A stretch of DNA of 8,363 nucleotides from NCBI GenBank assembly GCA_037447605.1, contig JBBHKD010000063.1, forward strand, positions 1-8,363. Reading direction: 5' to 3'. Positions within the stretch are counted from its first letter, which is position 1; every line of letters begins with the position of its first letter. The notes beneath the pieces are model-generated. The model did not search any database. It was not told where the DNA came from and was given only the letters and a program-made list of their open reading frames with translations. Below are positions 1 through 7,664 of the stretch, one piece after another. This stretch comes from Zygnema circumcarinatum SAG 698-1b. Lineage: Eukaryota; Plantae; Zygnematophyceae. The position numbers were made by a program, and so were the translations under genes.

Positions 1-179
1 CGAGGCCCGGCGGCTTGAGGCGAGGGCATGGCGATCGCCAAGGACCACTCGGCTTTAAGCACCAGCACAGAGAAGCACGCGTGTCGGTCGAGTTTCTAGC
101 AAGATGAAGAGATGATGACAAAGCGATAGCCATGATTCACGAAAAGTGAGGTGAGGATTACCCGCGGGCATCATCAACT

Positions 180-1009
180 AGAGGTTTTCACCGGCAAGCG
201 AGGAAGATCACCAGTGCAGGCAGAACATCTTGAGGGGAGAAGCGTATGGCGATTTGAAGGAAGACGAGTGGATCGAAAGTACTTGCTTGGGTATTTGGAA
301 GGGCGATCAAGCCCGGAAGGCGTCGGCGGCACAAAGCGGATGTAAATTGACAGCTTGACAAAGAGACACATTGAAGCAAGCTTTGAACAACTCGGCTTTC
401 GGATCCAATCAGCGTGCTAGACCGACTTAAGCTACATAGGTGCTACGATGATGGCGGTGACCCGAATTCCTTTGGCGTTCGTCTTTATAGCAAATAAGTC
501 GAGAACTTGCATTTCGAAGTTCTCGATGGTTCCATGAGCCATCGGCGAGAAGGATCTCCACGGATGCGTGAGGCTGGCGAGCAACTTCCACCGGCCAGAT
601 GCGGGCATTGTTAGAAAGAGGCGAGCGAATTGAGAAGGATCAAGAGAGGCAACTTAAAGGCGTATGCGACCACATTACATGAATGCTGGGATCACGGCAA
701 GTCGACTCTACGGCGAGTTCACGAAGACGGGGAATGGCGGTTGTATGATCCCTCTTATTTATCTTCTGCCGGAACAAAAACCTTCTTTCTCCGGCATCCT
801 TTCCGGGGCGTCGAGGCGGCCCACGTGGTTGACCTACGGCCATAGCGGCTGCGACCAAGCCCGCCCGCCTTTCCCCATACCCTCATGATCCGGCATCCCA
901 TTGAGCGGTGATTGGATCCTCACATACGGATGTTTCGTCGGGATGCTCCGGGCTCCTTATTCGATCGCGCACGAAGAGAGGCGCCAAGTAGATTTCGCGC
1001 CGTCGGATA
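180..1009 (+). pseudogene. gag: Probable frameshifted gag capsid (retrotransposon gag-like) N-terminal region
   Basis: Fragments stitched across frames read EVFTGK (181-198), DLKEDEWIE / KYLLGYLEG (~250-303) and TLKQALNN...VLDRLKL (~368-435). These resemble the FxG..ED..W/F..L.G.A and W..LK..L..RF helices of retrotransposon gag. The region lies directly upstream of the zinc knuckle. Judged by eye only. Confidence 0.45.
499..526. repeat. Short perfect inverted repeat (10-bp stem, 8-nt loop)
   Basis: tcgagaactt (499-508) is the reverse complement of aagttctcga (517-526), with loop gcatttcg. The structure is directly visible; function unknown. Confidence 0.7.
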
Positions 1010-1828
1010 ATGACGAGGGGGTTCGAAGGCGTCTGTCTTGCCTGCGGCCTGAATCATAATCCGCGGCTGCGTTGCGGACCATGGACCTGCACCTTCTGCC
1101 AGATCACGGGACATGATGCCCGTGTGTGCATGCGGAGACTCTCAAGTGAGAAGGCCCGAAAGGGGAAAGAGGCAGCTGCAGGGAGCTCACCTGCAGAGAT
1201 CACCTTCATGGACATGCTCCCGGCTACTCACACACCACCAAGAACTCCGGCTCCCTTTCGCCCGCCTCCACCTCCTTCACCCGCTTATACCATCCTGCAA
1301 CGTCCGCCTATCCATCTGCACCCCATGGACTCCCCTTCACTGACAAACGCATTGGGTGCTGAGCCCGATCCTTCTGCCCGCTCACGCACTGCCCAGATTG
1401 CCGCAGCATTGCAACCGGCTTGGTCCGAATCCCCCATCACTTCTGAAGAAGGTGCTCAAGCCCGGATCGCCGAGATTGCAACTGCCTTGCGCAGGCTCCC
1501 TGTCAGCCAAAGTGATCCTCATTCACATCCCCTGCCATTCCTCCCTGCCAATGTCAACGGCGCCAGCTCCTCGGGCACGGCTCCACCGGTCGCCACCCCT
1601 GTCCGGAGAACTTCAGTCCTCCCTCCTTCCACGGGTCATCCCTTGGGATCCATGCCTGAGGAGGAAACTGACGATCTCAATGAGGAGGAGCCGACAGCGG
1701 CGCAGCCAGAGCCGACAGCACCGACGACAGAAGAAATGCATGTCAACCCGCCCCATCGCCCTCGGGCAGCCCGTTTCTACCCCCAGCGGCCCGATGTCCG
1801 GCCACCCCCGTCGACGGCCTATCACTGA
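1010..1828 (+). CDS. gag: gag C-terminal fragment: zinc knuckle(s) followed by a long Pro/Ser/Glu-rich linker; part of a broken gag-pol frame
   Basis: 272-codon open frame containing a canonical C-X2-C-X4-H-X4-C (CTFCQITGHDARVC, 1088-1129). Its end (AARFYPQ, 1766-1786) matches the reverse complement of the window end, where the same peptide is in frame with the protease. Confidence 0.8.
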   Translation: MTRGFEGVCLACGLNHNPRLRCGPWTCTFCQITGHDARVCMRRLSSEKARKGKEAAAGSSPAEITFMDMLPATHTPPRTPAPFRPPPPPSPAYTILQRPPIHLHPMDSPSLTNALGAEPDPSARSRTAQIAAALQPAWSESPITSEEGAQARIAEIATALRRLPVSQSDPHSHPLPFLPANVNGASSSGTAPPVATPVRRTSVLPPSTGHPLGSMPEEETDDLNEEEPTAAQPEPTAPTTEEMHVNPPHRPRAARFYPQRPDVRPPPSTAYH

Positions 1829-1829
1829 T

Positions 1830-2475
1830 TGAGCATGGTTAAAACCGGTACCGTAGAGGAAACAGTAAGATGGCATTACGCATCCTGCGGTTGATCACGG
1901 TGGTACGAGGTCTTTGCGGCCGTAGTTAAATAAAGATGGCGGCGGTCGCGAAGGGGAGCCGCACGGCCTCCCACGGTCCCCATGGCACCTCCTCAGGACA
2001 TCCCTGCGTAGGATATCCACCGGCGGCGGTGCCTCTTCGAGACCAGTTGACTCTCAGGCCATCCTCACCAAAGCGATTCAGATTAACTCTGATCCCGACA
2101 CCCAGCGTCGCGGATCATTGTCAATATATGGCTTCGCGGTCATCCAAGCAAAGCCCATGACCCGACCACGGGAAGCTATCGCCGCGATTACGTCCAAGCG
2201 GTGATGAAGGCTGCGGGGGTTAAAGGTGGACAAGGCAGCTCGACCCATTCCCGATATGTAGCAGGGGTTGAGGAGCCTACATGAGAATTGGGCGGTGCCC
2301 AGTGATCATCGACGCAGCGAGATGGGAGCCATAGTGAATCGCGGTCGCCAGCGGCCGTGAGCACTGGCGTATCCTGCGAGCGAGATTACGGCTGTTCTGC
2401 GTTAGGAAGCGCGGGAAATGCGACTTTACTGCGTGTGTTTATCTGTGCTTTGGCGGACGGTACTCCTTCCCATCA
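1830..2475 (+). pseudogene. Aspartic protease region of copy A, multiply frameshifted
   Basis: Collinear nucleotide similarity to the intact protease frame of copy B: cggatcattgtcaatatatgg (2111-2131) = RIIVNIW vs RIIVNVW, and gtgatgaaggctgcgggggtt (2201-2221) = VMKAAGV. The DTG site is disrupted by 1-bp insertions at ~2152-2180. Confidence 0.85.
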
Positions 2476-2889
2476 TCCTCGAGTCCCACTTGCACTTTCC
2501 GCCTTCCCCAAAGCGCCCGCGCCCCTTGGCCGGGTCTCCCTACTGCGAGAGATCACCGTAGCCCATGTACCCACGTCTTTGTCGGCGGCCCCATTCTTCT
2601 ATGGATGCGGCCAGTGCATTTTCATTGGCGAGACTTCCCCTCTGCTCCCGAATCCGGCCCTCTACGTGCGCCCGGCCGGAGGGAGAACTTTTACCGCCCG
2701 ATACTTCGCTGCCCGGCTTCACGGCCAGCGAGACCGCCGGTGATGAAGAGTAGGCACGGGAGATAGAAAGAGATGGGAATCTCTGCGTTGGGGCGAGCCA
2801 CTCGAGACCCGATCAAGAAGCATTCTCTCCAGCTTCGCCAAGTCTTTGGCGCCCGAAATCACCTAGTTTTTAAGCACGGCATTCACTTT

Positions 2890-3620
2890 CGACATCGGCA
2901 AGACCCACGATTGAGCACCATATCGTCACGAGGGGATATACGTGATGACCATGACTCCCTCTGGCTTTCGGCCATTTCGGCGGGCCCGATGTCGAGCTTG
3001 TGGTCGATTAAGCGTGGCGGCCCGACTGATGGAACCGGAGGGCCTTGGAAGGCGGCCGGCCGTTCGCCCCAAAGCGGATAGCGCAGCTCGCTTGTGGTGG
3101 CCTCGGAAGCCCGGAATACCATAGCGAAGTGGGATCGCCTCGTTGTTCACCGGATGGCGGACACGATTCTCAGCGTCTCCGCGAGGGCCGATGGTTACCG
3201 GCCTGCACAGACTTATCTGTCCTTTTTGGCGAGATCCCCTGCGGCAGGCCGACGGCGCAGAAACGAGGGCCGCCGCGGCCAGCTTACCGTGCGCGATGGG
3301 CGAGTGCTTCCGCACAGGCTCAAGAATTCAGCCCGGACTCACCCGGCGCTGGCCAGCAGTGTTACGGCGCATGCGTGCGCCTGCGAGAACGCTACGTGGA
3401 TGATGGCTACTCCACGGCAAAGCGGTCCTCCCACGCAACACATTGACCAAGTGCTTCAGCGGCTCATTGAGTGCTGGCGTTTGAAGATTGCACCAGAAGT
3501 GCAAATGGGGCCATCGAGGAGAATCACTCATCACCGAGGGCACGCTTGGCATCAATGGCACGAAACCATCACTTTCGACAAGATTAGGCGATTGCCGCAT
3601 GCGATTCCATAGACCCTCAC
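2890..3620 (+). pseudogene. pol: Reverse transcriptase of copy A, frameshifted
   Basis: DIGKTH (2891-2908), RVLPHRLKNS (a PFGLKNA-type motif, in ORF 3094-3612), YVDD 3393-3404, and QHIDQVLQRL plus a KCKWGH remnant (3497-3514). Collinear with the copy B RT. Confidence 0.9.
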
Positions 3621-3639
3621 TTTCGGCTCAAGTCTTTTC

Positions 3640-4150
3640 TTGGGGCTCACCTCATTCACTATCGTACGGGTTCATCCAGAGGCATGCCCTTGCTCTGCGT
3701 CCACATGCCTTGGAGAAGCAAGGAGTCAATACGAATGGAGCGGCCTTGGGATTTGGCCCCTTCCGCAGCGCTCAGAGTGCCCTCGCCCGGGCTCCTTATG
3801 CGCATCGGTCGACCCCACCACGCCCCACCATCGTGGCCCATTTGAGTCGGGGCGGGATTTAGAGGCGTGGCGATCAAGCCTTCGGATGGGAACACCCGGT
3901 CGATTATCTTGCTTGAGGAGGTTTGCATTGAGCTTAGGGGCCGAAATGTGACCTGCTTGAGGGTGAGGCGGCGGCTATTCTGGGCGGAGAGTTCAAGCTC
4001 TTCTGACTGCCGGCCCATTATCATTAGGGTGACCACATGCACTCACTTGAGCATCATGGCTACCCTAAGACCCTAAGTTTGCCGCGATGGGTGATATGAA
4101 GTTGGAGGAGGAAGTATAATGTGCTCAAGGTCAGCTCACCGTCCGTACTT
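3640..4150 (+). pseudogene. pol: RT connection / RNase H of copy A, frameshifted
   Basis: GLTSF (ORF 3640-3951), HALEKQGV, and exact matches to the copy B RNase H region (3704-3720 = revcomp 6439-6455; 4115-4133 = revcomp 6011-6029). Confidence 0.88.
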
Positions 4151-4599
4151 GATCAGCTGCAATCTTGGCGGCCTGGAGTGTAATCGCCCGGCTCCCTCCT
4201 CTGTCGCGATCAGAGCGTTCGAACATCCCTCCACCACCCTCTTGAACCACGAGCATCTTCCCATTGAGATTTTTATTGCGCTCAAGCCTGCTGATGTCTG
4301 TCGCGGATAAAATTTGTCGATATTAAACCCACGCCACCACCCTCCATATTTGGGAGGACCACGACTTCACCCACGGCCACCCCATGCGGTCCAGGTGGGA
4401 ACTCCTGGATGTGATGGCGGCGGCTCCACCCACTTCCTCCCATTTCCCGAGCGCCAATGGCGTCATTCGAGACTCTCCTCCCTTCGCGTTCTGCACGTCG
4501 CTGACCGCACATTACCCCCCTTTATCACGGTGGACAGAGGGCTTCGGCTGCTCGCGCTGGCTGTTGATGATGGCCAGTCATACCTCCCCTGCGGCCTTC

Positions 4600-5700
4600 A
4601 CCATTTCCTTTCCCAATGAGCGCATGGAGATTACGGATGTTGCCCGATTCCAGGCCCGTGATTCCACCTTGGGCCCGAGAAGAAGATGGTCTCACTGTAC
4701 CCAAAGCTAATATTGGCTTGGGCCTCCATGGCGGTGGCCATACATCGAAACACTGCGGGTTACTTAGCGGCAAGCGCTCACTCCCCAGGCCGCCAACCCC
4801 ACGGAGATGGTGAGATCCCCATACGGCGTCAGCCAGAGATTGGAACATTGACACCTTTTCTATCCCCGGCTGGCACCCCTCGGCTACATTCCGAGTCTTC
4901 TGGCGTGGAGATGCGCGAAGTGGTGGAAGTTCGCCACGGCGAGAATCCTAAGCATTCCATCCACTCGCTTTCGCCTCGGCGGCCATCATTCACGCCGCTC
5001 CTCTCCCTACTTTCTGTCCACTCGGCAATGGCACGAATACAAGGGGCATTTGCCAAGCTTCGTCACGGGGCTTCCGCATGCATTCACCACACCACCAGCC
5101 CTACTCCCCTGGCGGGGAATGGGCTTGCGGAAACGTGCACCTCTGAGCGGTCAAGGATGCGTGCGTTAGCGGCGCTCTTGGTAGGCCAGGCTGGCCTTGA
5201 GTCATCCCCTCCACGAGATGTGGTCTGGCCTTTCTGTTCCTCCTCCTTTGGCTTTTCTCCCTCTGAGCTCCTCATGGCGTAAGCCGCATTCCCCTTGACC
5301 TCTCTCTGGCGAGCCCCTCTCTTCCACGATAGCAGCGCCTCCCGATCGAGGTCGCCCGGCTCGGCTCGGCCCCTCCCGACACCAAACCACTGGAATTCAT
5401 GGCCTCCCACCACCTCGAAGCAGCCCACGGTGACAACTCACGACTTTTGGGAGGCTGGCCCAAGCCTTGGCTACCACTCGCTATCGAGGTCGCGCCCAGC
5501 GTCGGCTCATTTGGCTCGGGAATCTCGCCAAAGCCGACTTCAGCGGGCTTTTAAGGTGGTTGGGCCCCTTCATTTGTGTAGAATACGTCCGGAGATCCCG
5601 GGATGGAGCCATCATTGAGAAGGCCACGACTCTAGTAGGAACGCCCGTGGCGTTACGCGCTGGATCGGCGATTGTCTTGCTAGCGTCGGTTCCTCCCCAT
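4600..5700 (+). pseudogene. Integrase (rve core with D,D35E remnants and C-terminal GPY/F module), frameshifted
   Basis: DWNID 4838-4852 fits the first Asp. The remnant tcg-gc-aat-ggc-acg at ~5022-5035 fits S(D)NGT(E), the second Asp, with one base missing. TTSPTPLAGNGLAE ends in Glu at 5130-5132, about 35 codons later (cf. SPYHPQxNGxxE). GFSPSELLM ~5250-5276 resembles GxSPFELLYG, and LRWLGPFICV lies at 5551-5580. The HHCC finger is only a weak remnant around 4515-4670. Confidence 0.8.
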
Positions 5701-5989
5701 GATGGGCGGCGTTTTGCGACCCGGCCGGCGGTCTCCTCATACCCCACATCGCAGGCTCTCATTGGTCATTTCTAATTCCGCCCGGCGCACGCGCTTATAG
5801 CATTGCTTTGTCGGTAGTACCTTCGATTCAATTTGTCTTACTCCCTCCTCCACCTCGATTTTGTCGTGCTCCCCATTGCGAATAATAGGAAGCTACTCCA
5901 CCGACCCTGAGACTCTCCTCACCTGTCGCGTCGTCGCCAAACCACTCCCACTTACTTTGTCTGCTAGCACCACCGCGCTAGCGTGCCCA

Positions 5990-6555
5990 GCTGTTCCCCG
6001 GGGCGGTGGGTGACCTTGAGCACATTATACTCCTCGACTTCATGTCACCCGCCGATGCGAGCTTAGGTGCGTAGGGGTAGCCATGATGTCGCGACCAAGT
6101 AGTGGCATGTGGTGATCCCCAATGATAATAAGGGTACGGTAGAGGTTTGTAAAAACGGAACTTCTCGGTGCCGAGGAGAATAGCCGGCCTTTCCTTCGGT
6201 AGAGGGTACGTACTTGGTCTCGGTTTCCGAACAAACCCTACTAGCATAACTGACCGGGTGTTCCCCATCCGGGAAGGCTTGACTGGCCACTGCCCCAAAT
6301 CCCGTCTGACTCCAGTCAGCGTCAATGATGGTTGGAAGGGTGGGGTCAAATTGATGCAGGCAAGGAGCCTGAAGGAGGGCACTCTTGAGCGCGTGGAAGG
6401 CCAAATCCTGCGCTCGGCTCCATTCGTACTGGACTCCGTGCTTCTCCAAGGCATGGAGGGGACGTGCGATAAGGGCATAGCCCTTGATGAACCGGCGATA
6501 GAATGAGGTGAGCCCAAGGACTTGAGAGTGAGTGAGGGTACAGTAGGTCGGCATA
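5990..6555 (-). pseudogene. pol: RT connection and Ty3/gypsy-type RNase H of copy B; first ~105 codons in one frame, then frameshifted
   Basis: LGLTSFYRRFIKGYALIARPLHAL...WS..QDLAFHALKSALLQAPCL..FDP.LPTIIDADWSQTGFGAVASQ...EHPVSYASRVCSETETKY (ORF 6063-6554). Downstream remnants AILLGTEKFRFY and VTHRP occur in other frames. Confidence 0.92.
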
Positions 6556-6559
6556 AAAT

Positions 6560-7265
6560 GATAACTTCAATCTTGTCAGTGATGGTTTGAGCCATTGTCT
6601 TGCGGCGGTGCGAGATAGTGATCTCCCCGATGGCCCCATTTGCACTTCTTGGGTGCAATCTTGATTGGCCTTGATGGTATTTGAAGGACTTGGTCAATGT
6701 GTTGCGGTGGGAGGGGACCGGTCGCTAGCGTGGAGGAAGCATCATCCGCGTAAAGGTTAGCGAGAAGGTACGGCGGTAGAACACCTGGTTGGCCCGAAGC
6801 GGTGAGTCTGGTTTGGAATTCTAACTTCAGGCCCAAAGGGAAGCACAGATCCCTTTGCACGGCGTGGGCATGCTTGAAGCCTTATCTTCGTCAGTAGGCT
6901 GTCGCTGAGGGGGATGCGCGGAAGGACTTGCATGTCGGTAGGGAACCATGGGTCCTCGGGGGAGGCACCGTGGAGAGTCGAGGTCCACATCTGGTAATGT
7001 ATAGGGATCCCACTTCGTTATGGCATTCAGTTTCCGAGAGTCTCCACAGAAGCGGAGTGTGCCATCCGACTTTGGGGGCAGAACGGCCGGGCTGGCCCAA
7101 GGCCCTTCTCCAGGTTCCATCAAGCCGGCAGCCACGTTCTCATCGATCTGTCGTTCGACATCGGCCTGCTGAGCGGCGGAAAAGCGGTAGGGAGTCATGG
7201 TCATAACGGGAGGTGCATCCCCCGTATCGATGTGGTGCTCTATCAGGTGGGTCTTGCCAATGTCG
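6560..7265 (-). pseudogene. pol: Reverse transcriptase of copy B, frameshifted
   Basis: DIGKTHLIEHHIDTGDAPP (7264 downward), TPYRFSAAQQADVERQIDE...PWASP...DGTLRFCGDSRKLNAIT (ORF 6827-7204), VLPFG (ORF 6757-6990), YADD 6741-6752 and KKCKWGH (ORF 6576-6860). The motifs are spread over three frames. Confidence 0.92.
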
Positions 7266-7664
7266 AGTGAATGTCGTCGCGAAAACTAAGATGATTTTGG
7301 CGCGGCGTAATTGTAGTCTTGATCGGTCGAGGAAGGACTCACCAGGCTGATAAGCATCGACCCTCTATTTCCGATACTCCCTGCATCCAATGGTCGTGGG
7401 GGAAAGCTGGGTCTTTGCTATCACCGGCAAAAGTTCTTCGTCGAGGCGTAGGAAATTTGGACTCGTAGGAGCGAGAGAGGGGGAATCCTAGATCAGCCGG
7501 TGCCCTCGAGAATTGGCCGACCCATATTAGGAAGAATGGGGGTTCTTTGACGCATGAATTTTTGTAATTGTTGTTGATCTCACGGGTAGGAGACTGCTTG
7601 GCAGGTAGTGGCGTTTAGGGAGGCCGGAGGTGGCAAAGGGGACTTCGGGGATGGGAAGGAGAAA

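Larger units (their letters stand above)
1766..4150 (+). repeat. Left arm of a large imperfect inverted repeat (partner 5990-8363)
   Basis: Exact reverse-complement anchors: 1766-1785/8344-8363 (20 bp), 2945-2960/7189-7204 (16 bp), 3435-3452/6688-6705 (18 bp), 3495-3516/6628-6649 (22 bp), 3704-3720/6439-6455 (17 bp), 4115-4133/6011-6029 (19 bp). Coordinate sums stay at ~10130-10160, so the arms are collinear. Confidence 0.95.
180..5775 (+). mobile_element. Ty3/gypsy LTR retrotransposon internal region, copy A (gag-PR-RT-RH-INT), frameshifted; no LTRs visible
   Basis: Domain remnants occur in gypsy order: CCHC knuckle 1088-1129, degenerate DTG protease site ~2152-2180, RT motifs RVLPHRLKNS (~3300-3330) and YVDD 3393-3404, RNase H remnant ~3640-4150, integrase WNID 4841-4852 and NGLAE 5118-5132, GPF 5563-5571. 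PR-RT-RH-INT order excludes Ty1/copia. Confidence 0.92.

Noticed and set aside
1-180. 5' LTR / primer-binding site of copy A
   Set aside because: No TG...CA boundary or tRNA-complementary TGG motif could be supported, and there is no matching repeat after the integrase. The element start probably lies outside the window.
2357-3862. Numerous overlapping 60-170 aa ORFs on both strands as independent genes
   Set aside because: They are frameshift fragments of pol or antisense shadow ORFs expected in GC-rich DNA. They carry no motifs other than the retroelement ones.
4180-4290. Possible direct repeat with 5840-5885 (shared ctccctcctc and cccattg)
   Set aside because: Only short pyrimidine-rich words are shared and I could not extend an alignment, so this is consistent with chance.
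5837-5892. Polypurine tract candidates (- strand gaggtggaggagggag 5856-5841; + strand aataataggaag 5881-5892)
   Set aside because: Both are interrupted, neither abuts a TG-initiated LTR-like sequence, and neither sits at a position consistent with a complete element.
5580-5985. Chromodomain at the integrase C-terminus (chromovirus)
   Set aside because: No Y.VE.I...R...YLVKW.GY-like motif was recognisable in any + frame after the GPF module.
4150-5990. Whole window as a single-molecule foldback chimera mirrored at ~5070
   Set aside because: The spacer is not self-complementary: revcomp of 5070-5990 does not match 4150-5070. The integrase reads continuously on + across the centre, and the arms show synonymous differences. 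A mis-join at ~5990 remains possible.
6576-7204. Prokaryotic RT system (retron, DGR, group II intron, RT-CRISPR) suggested by YADD
   Set aside because: The RT N-terminus, adjacent retropepsin, gypsy RNase H and the homologous copy with integrase all indicate an LTR retrotransposon. No ncRNA, TR/VR pair or repeat array was seen.
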